A stretch of DNA of 58,846 bases from NCBI GenBank assembly GCA_041659065.1, contig JBAZYY010000001.1:1-58846 (forward strand), given 5' to 3'. Origin of the DNA: Parcubacteria group bacterium (GTDB lineage: Bacteria > Patescibacteriota > Minisyncoccia > Moranbacterales > UBA11712). The notes under the pieces were generated by a model. It ran no database searches and was not told where the DNA came from. It saw only the letters and a program-made list of their open reading frames with translations. Below, one piece after another: positions 44,737 through 53,771 of the stretch. Numbering within the stretch: the stretch's first letter is position 1; each line of letters begins with the position of its first letter. A program made the position numbers and the translations under genes.

Positions 44737-45705
44737 TCAATTTTTTTGCTCCCACGCCCAAGCGTCGCGGATAATATCTTTGAGGCTATATTTTGCTTTC
44801 CAACCTAAAATTTTTCTAATTTTTTGGCTGCTGGCAACCAGAACCGGCGGATCTCCCGGCCGGCGATCAGTTTCTTCAACTTTGAAATCAATCCCGGTGA
44901 TTTCTTGGCATTTCGCGATCACTTCTTTCACGGAATATCCATTCTCGCTGCCTAAATTGAACCTTTCGGATTTGTTTTCTTTTTCAAGGTAATCGAGCGC
45001 CAGGATGTGGGCATCAATCAAATCTTCCACATGGATATAGTCCCGGACGCAGGTGCCGTCGGGGGTTGGATAATCGGTGCCATATATTTGGATGCCCTCA
45101 CGCGTGCCTTTGGCGGCTTTGAGCGCCAGGGGGATGAGGTGGGTTTCCGGATTATGCATTTCCCCGAAATTGCCTTCCGGATCGGCGCCAGCCGCATTAA
45201 AATAGCGCAGGCAAATCGATTTCAGACCATAAGCATGGTCATAGGCGTCCAGAATGTTTTCAATCGCGAGCTTAGATACTCCATAGGGATTAGTCGGATT
45301 CTTTGGGTCGTTTTCTTCAATGGGAACTTTTTCCGGCTCGCCAAAAATGGCGGCGGTTGAGCTGAAAATAAACTTTTTCACGCCGCTTGCCAGCATAGCC
45401 CGGAAAAGACCAAGGCTTCCGGAAATATTATTTGTGAAATATTTCTGCGGATTTTCGACTGATTCGCCGACCAAAGAATAGGCTGCGAAATGCATTACAA
45501 CGTCGATTTCATTACTTTTGAAAACTGTTTCGAGGTCTCGGGGATTCAGTAAGTCGCCCTTTATGAATTCGGCGTTTTTATTGATTAGTCTTTCAAATCC
45601 GGTGGAAAGATTGTCAAAAATAACCACCTCGTGATTGTTCGCCAATAAGTTTTTTACCGCAATGGAACCTATGTATCCCGCGCCACCGACAACTAAAATT
45701 TTCAT
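44737..45705 (-). CDS. galE: UDP-glucose 4-epimerase family protein
   Basis: VVGGAGYIGS and YGVSK. At 322 aa it is collinear with GalE. Confidence 0.9.
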   Translation of the reverse strand: MKILVVGGAGYIGSIAVKNLLANNHEVVIFDNLSTGFERLINKNAEFIKGDLLNPRDLETVFKSNEIDVVMHFAAYSLVGESVENPQKYFTNNISGSLGLFRAMLASGVKKFIFSSTAAIFGEPEKVPIEENDPKNPTNPYGVSKLAIENILDAYDHAYGLKSICLRYFNAAGADPEGNFGEMHNPETHLIPLALKAAKGTREGIQIYGTDYPTPDGTCVRDYIHVEDLIDAHILALDYLEKENKSERFNLGSENGYSVKEVIAKCQEITGIDFKVEETDRRPGDPPVLVASSQKIRKILGWKAKYSLKDIIRDAWAWEQKN

Positions 45706-45754
45706 ATTTTTTTCAAAGCTAAGCTTTTGGATTCTCCCAAAACCTAGCTTTTTG

Positions 45755-46696
45755 CTAAATATCTAATAAATTCCTGAAATATTCGATTGTTTCTTTCAAT
45801 CCTTCCTCAAGTTTTATCTTTGGTTCCCAGTCGAGTTTTTCTTTCGAGAGCCTGATATCGGGTTTTCTTCGCTTGGGATCATCCGCGGGCAGCGGCCGGA
45901 AAGTTATTTTGCTGGCGCTTTCGGGGACTAGTTTGAGAATTTCTTCCGCCAACTCTTTTATGGTAAATTCTTCGGGATTTCCCAAATTTACTGGGCCGGC
46001 GAAGTCTTCCTCATTATTCATCATTTTTATCATCCCAGCAACAAGATCGTCAATATATTGGAAGCTACGGGCTTGGGATCCGTCGCCGTTGATCGTCAGA
46101 TCCACATTGCGGAGCGCTTGCACTGCAAAATTAGAAACAACCCGACCGTCGCCAGGATCCATGCCGGGACCGTACGTGTTAAAAATTCTGGCTATCCTGA
46201 TTGGAACGCCGTATTCGCGTTGGTAATCAAAAAACAGCGTCTCTGCCGCGCGCTTGCCCTCGTCATAGCAAGCGCGAATTCCAATTGGATTCACGTTTCC
46301 GAAATATGACTCGGGCTGGGGATGAACCAGCGGGTCGCCGTAGACTTCGCTGGTTGAAGCCTGAAAAATTACCGCCTTATTCTTTTTGGCGAGTTCGAGG
46401 AGATTGAGCGATCCCAAAATAGAAGTTTTCCAAGTTTCGATCGGGTCTTTTTGATAACGCGGAGGGGAAGCGGGGCAGGCGAGATTATAAATTTGATCCA
46501 GTCCGCTTATTTCCAAAGGATGAATAATATCATGCCCTATGAAACTGAATTGGGGATTATTGAGCAATTTCTCAATATTGGCTTTCCGGCCGGTGGATAA
46601 ATTATCCGAGCAGACAACCTCGTCTCCATTTTCGATAAGTTTTTCGCAAAGATGTGATCCGATAAATCCGGCGCCACCAGTAACTAAAATTTTCAT
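45755..46696 (-). CDS. UDP-glucuronate decarboxylase (UDP-xylose synthase; like the ArnA C-terminal domain)
   Basis: [12 protein letters not shown] ... [13 protein letters not shown] ... YDEGKR strings typical of the UXS family. Confidence 0.88.
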   Translation of the reverse strand: MKILVTGGAGFIGSHLCEKLIENGDEVVCSDNLSTGRKANIEKLLNNPQFSFIGHDIIHPLEISGLDQIYNLACPASPPRYQKDPIETWKTSILGSLNLLELAKKNKAVIFQASTSEVYGDPLVHPQPESYFGNVNPIGIRACYDEGKRAAETLFFDYQREYGVPIRIARIFNTYGPGMDPGDGRVVSNFAVQALRNVDLTINGDGSQARSFQYIDDLVAGMIKMMNNEEDFAGPVNLGNPEEFTIKELAEEILKLVPESASKITFRPLPADDPKRRKPDIRLSKEKLDWEPKIKLEEGLKETIEYFRNLLDI

Positions 46697-46706
46697 AGCA
46701 TTACAT

Positions 46707-48461
46707 CTACTTAAGTTTCCAAACTCCGTCGGATGTTTTTACTTGGGCGTTGACGGATAATTTCAAAAGGCCCTCCGAAGGTTCGAGAAAATTATTTTCA
46801 ATCAGGAAGGAATTGACCGGAGGTTTGCCTTTTATCAGCGCGCTATACCACGCGGAACCATCGGCAAAAGGAGCAATTAGGTAAATATTTTTATAGCGCG
46901 ATTCGTCGATCAATCCCAAGTCATCCGCGTTGAAAAAATAAACCGCTTGTTTTCCGTAAAGCGAGCTTAAGGGCTCGCTCATGAGTGACCAGCCGCTCCC
47001 GCTTGCTAGGCGGTCGATCAGGATCAAGTCGTCCGGCCCGAAATTTTGCGAAATTTTTTCAATTTGGGGAAGAAGATTTTGATTTTCGGACAGCCCGATG
47101 TATCTGGCACTGATGAATCCGTTGGCCAAAACCAAAAATACAAGGCAAAAATACAGAAAAAGGCGGTGGTAGAAAAATTTATAAAAAGCAAAAACGCTGT
47201 AGAAGATGAGAAGAGGAAAGACCGCGAACGCGTAGCGCCGGAACATCCAGGGGTCATCGAGAGATATGAGGGGCAGGATAAGATAAATAAAAGAGGGAAA
47301 TAGCAGGAGAAGCGGGGCCGTTTTCGGTTTCTGCAAATTCTTCCTCAGGCCAATCAGGAGAAAAATGGCGCCGGCCAGGCCCGCAACGACATAAACGATA
47401 AAATTATAATTAAGGAAAAGTATCAGGAGATTTTTATAAGTGCCGGACGATACGGCGGAACTGTTTTGCGAGACGGAGGGCAAAAAAACTTTGGCGATAT
47501 TTTTGAGGCTGTCATATAGGGCGGGAAAATTGAGGTACAGATAGAGCGCCAGAATAACAAAAAACCCGAGATAAACGAATTTAATCTTTTTCGGCCGGAG
47601 GCCGGGCTCCCTCCGGCTGCGAATCGCCAAATAAATTACGGCCAGTGCCAAAAACGCAATGCCTTCAATGCGGCAGAAAGAAGCCAGGGCAAATCCGAAA
47701 AGGGACATATAGAGCAAAATTTCTTTTTTGTCCTTGAGATAGGCGATGAAAAAGGAAAGACTCGCCCAAACCAGAAAAAGCATGTAAGTCTCCGTGAGGG
47801 CGTATTTAGCAAACCATAGGAAGGGAAAAAAAGTGGCTGCGAGTAGAAATCCGAGAAGAGAGACGGATTTTGGGAAAAAATTTCTGAGAATCAGCCAAAA
47901 GGAAATGAAAAATAAAAATAAGAACGGCAAATTGGCGTAGCGGATTCCATTCAGGCCGAACAACTCATAACTCGCGGCGAGGTATGAAGTATACGCGACC
48001 GGAAAACGCGAAAGCAGTTTGCCGCTGGCCGTATAGTCAAAGCCCGGATAATTAAGGGCTTTTCCAGGCCCGTATTTTTGAAACAAGTCTGCGGAAAGGG
48101 GAGTTTCGAATTTCAGCTGATGGTTCCTTGCAAGATCCAGGGCCGCGGTTGCGATTGCACCCTGGTCGCGTCCTCCGAACGCGGAAGGGGTGGCAAAGTA
48201 GCAAGTGACAGCGCTCACTGCCAGCGATATCAATATGACAGCCAAAAACCACCTAAATTCTTTCTTCAAATCGGGCTTATCGGGGATGTATTTTGCTATA
48301 AGTAAGGCTAAAATAGCACTTATGACAATTGACAAAACTGCTGTTTCCCGGTAGAATAAACCAGCGGATGAGAGCAGCAGAATCAGCCATCCAAAAAAGA
48401 AAAAAAACATGACTAATCCGCAAAATCCTCTGAAATTCAGACCAATATTATTTTTCATCAA
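46707..48461 (-). CDS. GT-C fold membrane glycosyltransferase (ArnT/PMT_2-like)
   Basis: 584 aa, polytopic. It is divergent from a polyprenol-phosphate GT2 and adjacent to sugar-nucleotide genes. Confidence 0.72.
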   Translation of the reverse strand: MMKNNIGLNFRGFCGLVMFFFFFGWLILLLSSAGLFYRETAVLSIVISAILALLIAKYIPDKPDLKKEFRWFLAVILISLAVSAVTCYFATPSAFGGRDQGAIATAALDLARNHQLKFETPLSADLFQKYGPGKALNYPGFDYTASGKLLSRFPVAYTSYLAASYELFGLNGIRYANLPFLFLFFISFWLILRNFFPKSVSLLGFLLAATFFPFLWFAKYALTETYMLFLVWASLSFFIAYLKDKKEILLYMSLFGFALASFCRIEGIAFLALAVIYLAIRSRREPGLRPKKIKFVYLGFFVILALYLYLNFPALYDSLKNIAKVFLPSVSQNSSAVSSGTYKNLLILFLNYNFIVYVVAGLAGAIFLLIGLRKNLQKPKTAPLLLLFPSFIYLILPLISLDDPWMFRRYAFAVFPLLIFYSVFAFYKFFYHRLFLYFCLVFLVLANGFISARYIGLSENQNLLPQIEKISQNFGPDDLILIDRLASGSGWSLMSEPLSSLYGKQAVYFFNADDLGLIDESRYKNIYLIAPFADGSAWYSALIKGKPPVNSFLIENNFLEPSEGLLKLSVNAQVKTSDGVWKLK

Positions 48462-48509
48462 ATAGATTTATTTTTTGCTTAAAAACTTACTTTAAGATAC
48501 CATAAAAAC

Positions 48510-49460
48510 ATGGAAAATTCCAGCAGTTACAAGCCCCATCTATCAATCATAGCGCCTCTCTACAACGAAGAGGGGAATGCTTCCGAGCTGCATCGAAAAA
48601 TTGTGAATGCGTGCCGGGAACTCGCTAAATCATTCGAAATAATCTTTATCGACGACGGAAGCGATGACAAGACAAACGAGGTTTGTCGGGGGCTTGGTCC
48701 ACTGCGACTGATCACTTTTCGCAAGAATTTCGGGCAAACAGCCGCGCTTGACGCGGGCATAAAAAACTCAAAGGGAGAGATTATTATAACGATGGACGGG
48801 GATCTTCAAAATGATCCGGCTGACATCAAATTACTGCTCGAGAAATTAGATGAAGGATATGATGTGGTGTCGGGATGGAGAAACGAGCGAAAAGATTCGA
48901 TAATGAAAAGAGTATTTTCACGGACGGCAAATATTTTGCGAAAATTTTTGATCAATGACGGAATCCAGGATTCGGGCTGCAGCCTGAAAGCTTACCGGCG
49001 GGAATGTTTCGACGATTTGGACTTGTTCGGCGAAATGCACCGTTTTATTCCGGCGCTTCTCAAAGTGCAGGGGTTCAAGGTCGCTGAAGTTAAAGTCAGC
49101 CATCATCCGAGAACGCATGGAGTTTCAAAATACAACTGGAAAAGAGGAGTCAAAGGGTTTGTGGATATGATCAGCGTCTGGTTTTGGAAAAAATATGCCA
49201 ATCGGCCCCTGCATTTGTTCGGCGCCGGCGGGCTGATAATTTTCACGGCAGGAGTAGCATTCGGCCTTGCCTTGATAATCGCCAGAATATTTTATGCCGT
49301 ACCGCTCTCCAATAAAATCTGGCCCCTGATTGCCGTTTTTTTGGTCTTGATGGGCGTTCAACTTTTTATTTTCGGGCTTCTCGGCGATATACTCGTCAAA
49401 AACTACTATAAGGCGCAAGGCAAAATGAATTATAAGATCAAGGAGATCATAGATAATTGA
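48510..49460 (+). CDS. Polyprenol-phosphate glycosyltransferase, GT2 (ArnC/GtrB/DPM1-like)
   Basis: LSIIAPLYNEEGN ... FIDDGSDD ... MDGDLQNDP, plus two C-terminal TM helices. Confidence 0.87.
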   Translation: MENSSSYKPHLSIIAPLYNEEGNASELHRKIVNACRELAKSFEIIFIDDGSDDKTNEVCRGLGPLRLITFRKNFGQTAALDAGIKNSKGEIIITMDGDLQNDPADIKLLLEKLDEGYDVVSGWRNERKDSIMKRVFSRTANILRKFLINDGIQDSGCSLKAYRRECFDDLDLFGEMHRFIPALLKVQGFKVAEVKVSHHPRTHGVSKYNWKRGVKGFVDMISVWFWKKYANRPLHLFGAGGLIIFTAGVAFGLALIIARIFYAVPLSNKIWPLIAVFLVLMGVQLFIFGLLGDILVKNYYKAQGKMNYKIKEIIDN

Positions 49461-49515
49461 AAATGAAAAATTTAAAAGACTAATTTAAAATTGAGATTTA
49501 CGTCTAATATTACTT

Positions 49516-49968
49516 ATGAAGATTGCGATTTGCGCCAGCTTGTCTTTCACGGATCAGGTGGCGAAAGTAGCCAAAGAATTGGAAAATATAGGCTTTGCCG
49601 TTGAGATTCCTATCAGTTCAAGAAAAATATTGAAGGGACAAGTGACGCTTGCCGACATAGACAAGCTTAAGAAGCAAGATACCGCTTTTTCAGAATATAT
49701 TATCCAAAACGATTCGATTCGGGCGTATTGGGAAATAATTAAGGGTTCAGACGCAATCTTAGTGCTCAATTTCACTAAAAACGGAGTCAAAAATTATGTT
49801 GGGCCGAACGTTTTTTTGGAAATCGGCTTTGCACATGTTCTAGGGAAGCCTATTTTTCTTTATAACAATCTGCCGGACGGGCAATTTACGGCGGAGATTC
49901 TGTCCATGCAACCGATCGTGATCAATAAAAATTTAGCAAGAATTAAAAATTTCGAAAGAGAAGGATGA
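49516..49968 (+). CDS. Nucleoside 2-deoxyribosyltransferase-like fold protein (tentative)
   Basis: 150 aa. MKIAICASLSF ... GPNVFLEIGFAHVLGKPIFL resembles the NDT/Rcl-type G-x-x-x-E-x-G-x-A-x-x-x-G-K-P pattern. Confidence 0.45.
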   Translation: MKIAICASLSFTDQVAKVAKELENIGFAVEIPISSRKILKGQVTLADIDKLKKQDTAFSEYIIQNDSIRAYWEIIKGSDAILVLNFTKNGVKNYVGPNVFLEIGFAHVLGKPIFLYNNLPDGQFTAEILSMQPIVINKNLARIKNFEREG

Positions 49969-51089
49969 AAGTACTAACCATTGCCGCGACGCCTTTCTTT
50001 TCCGATCGCGGCTGCCATATCCGAATTTATAACGAAGCAAAATATCTCGAGAAACTGGGCGCCAAAGTGCGCCTCTGCACTTATTATCTTGGCGAAAATC
50101 CAGCAGGACTGGACATCCAACGAACCGGAAAAACTTTTTGGTACAAAAAAATTTCACCCGGATTCTCGTGGGCAAAAATCTGGTTGGATTTCAAGCTTCT
50201 TTTTCTCGTCCGGCGGGAAATAAAAAAATTTCATCCGGATGTGATTCACGCGCACCTGTTTGAGGGCTTGGCTGTTGGGCGCTTGGCCAGCCTGTTGGCA
50301 TTCAAAAGGATTCCGATTGTCTTTGATCTTCAGGGAGATCTGATGGAAGAGTTTGAGAGCTACAATGGGAAAAATAATTTAGCCAAAAAGCTATTTGTAG
50401 CCATATCGAATCGGGTCGCGAGCTGGGCCGATAGAGCGGTAGTCAGCAGCGAAAATGCAAAGTTTTGGAAACCAGGTTTCCAAAACGTGGGAGACGGGGT
50501 GGACTTGGAACTATTCAAAAATCCGGTGGAGCTCGGAGAGGATGAGAAGTCAAAAATTGAGAAAATCAAGGATTGGAAGAAAGACGCCAGGCTGTTGGTC
50601 TACATAGGTGGATTGAGCGATAATAAGGGTGTTGGGGGTCTACTTGAATCTTTCGGCAGGTGGGGAGAAAATAACCAATGGAAGTTGCTGTTGGGAGGGT
50701 TCGGAAAGAATGAAAAAAAATACAGAAAATATATCCAGGAAAACAATCTCGCGGACAAGGTGCATCTCGCGGGCAGGGTAAAATATTTTTCTTTACCGGC
50801 CTATCTGGTTCTCGCTGACGCGGCGATTGACCCCAAAAACGAAAGCGCGGAATCCAGCGGCAAGCTTATGGGCTATATGGCGGCCGGCCTTCCGATAATT
50901 TGTTTTGGAAATGAATTCAATAAAAAAAGATTAGGCGAGGAAGGTGTTTATATAAATTCAATGAGCGAGATAAGAGGCGCGCTTTTGAATTTGTCGGAGC
51001 GGAGCAGACGGGAATATGAATCGCAGGAGTTTTCCGAAGAGAAAGAAGTTTCGAAATTATTTTCAATTATCCAATCGTTAACAAAATAA
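49965..51089 (+). CDS. GT4 (group 1) glycosyltransferase
   Basis: GT-B pattern with a C-terminal ESSGKLMGYMAAGLPII. Overlaps the previous gene by 4 nt. Confidence 0.84.
   Translation: MKVLTIAATPFFSDRGCHIRIYNEAKYLEKLGAKVRLCTYYLGENPAGLDIQRTGKTFWYKKISPGFSWAKIWLDFKLLFLVRREIKKFHPDVIHAHLFEGLAVGRLASLLAFKRIPIVFDLQGDLMEEFESYNGKNNLAKKLFVAISNRVASWADRAVVSSENAKFWKPGFQNVGDGVDLELFKNPVELGEDEKSKIEKIKDWKKDARLLVYIGGLSDNKGVGGLLESFGRWGENNQWKLLLGGFGKNEKKYRKYIQENNLADKVHLAGRVKYFSLPAYLVLADAAIDPKNESAESSGKLMGYMAAGLPIICFGNEFNKKRLGEEGVYINSMSEIRGALLNLSERSRREYESQEFSEEKEVSKLFSIIQSLTK
50462..50486. repeat. 25-nt perfect palindrome GTTTTGGAAACCAGGTTTCCAAAAC inside the GT4 gene
   Basis: Arms GTTTTGGAAACC and GGTTTCCAAAAC around a central A. 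Read as F-W-K-P-G-F-Q-N. Confidence 0.95.
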
Positions 51090-51126
51090 AATCTATCGGT
51101 ATTCTAGTAGACTGATAGAAAATAAG

Positions 51127-51363
51127 ATGGCAAATAAAATTAATTGCAAAACGGGGCTAAAGAAAAACGTAATTGGCGAAAAAGTTTTTGTTCGGGAGAT
51201 TTCGTTATGCAAAACGCTCTCAGAAGAAAATAAAGGTAAATGTGGATGGGGAAAGTGCGCAAGCTGTGGCGTAATTCCGCTACTGATTAAGCTGCACAAA
51301 GGAAAGCTGTTGGAGGATCCGCGGGAAATTAAACTGGCCAAAGAAAAATATCTCGAAAAATGA
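51127..51363 (+). CDS. Small Cys-rich hypothetical protein
   Basis: 78 aa containing ...KGKCGWGKCASCGV.... No family recognised. Confidence 0.45.
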   Translation: MANKINCKTGLKKNVIGEKVFVREISLCKTLSEENKGKCGWGKCASCGVIPLLIKLHKGKLLEDPREIKLAKEKYLEK

Positions 51364-51400
51364 TTTGAGCTTTGGAATCCTGGCGCATGAATCAAAAATT

Positions 51401-52576
51401 ATGAAAACTTTTTTAATAAAAATCGGCAAGGCGTTTAATGTCCTGAAGCGGGACGGGATTATCCGGGGAGGCAGGCGAGTAGCAACCGCTTTTTTCGCGC
51501 TTTTTCGGCGGGTTGGATCGGGTGATATTCTTTTTATCACCGGCGGTGTCGGGGACAGCGCGCTTTATCGGGCCCACCACCAAGCGGAGGAACTGAATTT
51601 GCGTGGCTTTCGCTGTTCAGTCACTGTTCAGGATAATCCGTTGCTTGCAAGATACGCGGACAGATTCAAGATATTTATTTTTCATAGAACTCTATACACG
51701 CCACTGCTGAAAAAAATGATAGAAGAAATTAAGAAGCAGAAAAAAGAGATAATCTTCGAAACTGACGATCTTGTTTTTGATCCGAAATATCTCGAGTATA
51801 TGGATTATTTCCAGCATATGAATTCGCTGGAGAAGAAACTTTATGAAAAGGGTGTAGGTGGAGAAATTCTCAGCGATCCGTACCTCAAAACTTGCGTTGC
51901 GACAACATCTTTTTTGGCGGAGAAACTTCGTGAATACGGCAAGAAAGTTTTTATTTCAAAGAATAAACTATCCAATAAGGATTTGGAGACAGCTAACCAG
52001 ATTTTGGAAACCAGGTTTCCAAAAAGCAGTAATATAGTGAAAATAGGCTATTTGAGCGGCACTATCAGTCATAACAAAGACTTCGCGGCCGTCGAAGGCG
52101 CGCTGCTCAAAGTTATGCGGAAATTTCCGGAGGTAGTTCTTTTTCTCGCGGGGCCGCTCGATATCGGTCCGGCTTTTGACCCCATGAAAGAGCGGGTAGA
52201 AAGATCGAAATTTGTTTCCCGAAAAAAGCATTTTGAAAATATTTCCGGATTGGACATAAATATCGCTCCGCTCGAAGAAGGAAATCCGTACTGCGAGGCA
52301 AAGTCTGAGCTCAAATTTTTCGAAGCTGGAATTCTTGGCGTGCCGACAGTCGCGACGGCGACCCAGACCTTTCGTGAAACCATTCGTGACGGCGAAGACG
52401 GATTTGTGGCAAGCGGCAATGAGGAATGGGCGGAGAAGCTCGAAAAACTTATCCAAGACGAAGATCTGAGAAAAGAGATGGGCGCGAAAGCACGAGAAAA
52501 AACTCTTGCCGAGCACGTAACCAAGAACAGCCATAACGAAGAATATTATGTTTACTTAAGGTCTAAATTGGCATAG
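51401..52576 (+). CDS. GT4-like (GT-B) glycosyltransferase
   Basis: IGYLSGTISHNKDF and EAKSELKFFEAGILGVPTVAT strings. The ATG at 51401 is preferred over the TTG at 51365. Confidence 0.78.
   Translation: MKTFLIKIGKAFNVLKRDGIIRGGRRVATAFFALFRRVGSGDILFITGGVGDSALYRAHHQAEELNLRGFRCSVTVQDNPLLARYADRFKIFIFHRTLYTPLLKKMIEEIKKQKKEIIFETDDLVFDPKYLEYMDYFQHMNSLEKKLYEKGVGGEILSDPYLKTCVATTSFLAEKLREYGKKVFISKNKLSNKDLETANQILETRFPKSSNIVKIGYLSGTISHNKDFAAVEGALLKVMRKFPEVVLFLAGPLDIGPAFDPMKERVERSKFVSRKKHFENISGLDINIAPLEEGNPYCEAKSELKFFEAGILGVPTVATATQTFRETIRDGEDGFVASGNEEWAEKLEKLIQDEDLRKEMGAKAREKTLAEHVTKNSHNEEYYVYLRSKLA
52002..52024. repeat. 23-nt perfect palindrome TTTTGGAAACCAGGTTTCCAAAA inside the second GT4-like gene
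   Basis: Identical to the core of the 50462-50486 palindrome but read in a different frame (I-L-E-T-R-F-P-K). Confidence 0.95.
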
Positions 52577-52622
52577 ATAGTTGGTAAAATAGGCGCATAA
52601 AATTTGTAAAAAAATGTAAAAA

Positions 52623-52646
52623 CTACCATCCTCGGTAGGATGGTAG
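52623..52646 (+). repeat. 24-nt motif, copy 4 (CTACCATCCTCGGTAGGATGGTAG)
   Basis: Same three-hexamer layout as copy 1. Like copy 1 it is preceded by AATGTAAA. It lies between the GT4-like stop and the GT2 start. Confidence 0.9.
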
Positions 52647-52688
52647 TGAGTGTTATGGTTTTTCAAAACATATTTTATAGATAAGCTA

Positions 52689-53741
52689 ATGTGTATGATT
52701 GAAGCGGCGGTAATCATAGTAAATTGGAACGGAAAAAATTTTTTGAAGGAATGCTTTGATTCTTTGGCTTTTCAGGCGCTCATGAATTTCAAAATATTTT
52801 TTGTCGATAACGGATCGGACGACGGCTCGGTCGAATTTTTGGAAGAAAATTATATCGGGAAGAATAAAATAGAAATCGAAGTCATAAAGTTGGAAAATAA
52901 CACGGGCTTTTCTTTCGCGAACAACCTGGGAATCCAAAAAGCCTTTGCTGATGAAAATATAAAATGGGTTTTGATCTTAAATAATGATGCTAAGCTTGAC
53001 CAAAACTTTTTCGCCGAATTATCAAAGTGCGCGAAAAGCTATCCGGGCGCAGGCTCCATCCAGCCCAAGGTTCTGAGCTATTATAACCCGGAAAAGGTAG
53101 ACTGCGCCGGCATCTTAACGAGCTATGACGGTGTTTCGACTAACCGGGGATTCGGAGCGGATGCTAGCGAATTTAATAAGGAAAAAGAAATCTTCGGCGC
53201 AAACGCGACGGCCGGACTGTACGCGAGAGAAGCGCTGGAAGCGGTAAAGATAAAAGTAGGTGAATATTTCGACAATGATTTTCGGATGTATTACGAAGAT
53301 GCCGACCTGGCTTGGCGGATGCGGCTGGCCGGGTTCAAATCATTTTATTGCCCGCGAGCCGAAGTCTTTCATCTGCATAGCGCCACAGCCAAGAGAGTGT
53401 CGGGGCTCAAGGCGTACTATTTGAATCGCAACCGTTTCTACGTAATATTCAAAAACTTTCCGCTAAAATATCTATTATTGGCTTTGCTTTTGACTCCGGC
53501 TCGCTATTTGATTGCGCCATTCCGCCGGCCAAAGGAAGCAAAAAAAACGGGTGAAGCCGGGAAGATAAGAAAAAAAGCCGGCTCGGCCGGAATGATTTTG
53601 AAAGCCTGGCTTGATGTCCTCGGAAATTTGTCGAGTATTCTTGCGAAAAGGCGAATAATCAGGGATAATAGACGAGTAAGCGGCAAAGAAATCAATTCCT
53701 GGTTTCAAAAATACGGCGCTAAGTTTAAAAAAACATTTTAA
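52689..53741 (+). CDS. GT2 glycosyltransferase (rhamnosyltransferase-like)
   Basis: AAVIIVNWNGKNFL ... FFVDNGSDDGS ... YYEDADL. The start at 52689 or 52695 is preferred over 52650. Confidence 0.84.
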   Translation: MCMIEAAVIIVNWNGKNFLKECFDSLAFQALMNFKIFFVDNGSDDGSVEFLEENYIGKNKIEIEVIKLENNTGFSFANNLGIQKAFADENIKWVLILNNDAKLDQNFFAELSKCAKSYPGAGSIQPKVLSYYNPEKVDCAGILTSYDGVSTNRGFGADASEFNKEKEIFGANATAGLYAREALEAVKIKVGEYFDNDFRMYYEDADLAWRMRLAGFKSFYCPRAEVFHLHSATAKRVSGLKAYYLNRNRFYVIFKNFPLKYLLLALLLTPARYLIAPFRRPKEAKKTGEAGKIRKKAGSAGMILKAWLDVLGNLSSILAKRRIIRDNRRVSGKEINSWFQKYGAKFKKTF

Positions 53742-53771
53742 AGATAAATTTATATTGTTAAAGGAAAAATC

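Noticed and set aside
53596-53711. Two degenerate look-alikes of the 23-nt palindrome in the GT2 gene, counted as true copies
   Set aside because: Only about 9-10 of 11 positions match in one arm, and the other arm is largely diverged. They are mentioned as hints but not annotated as copies.
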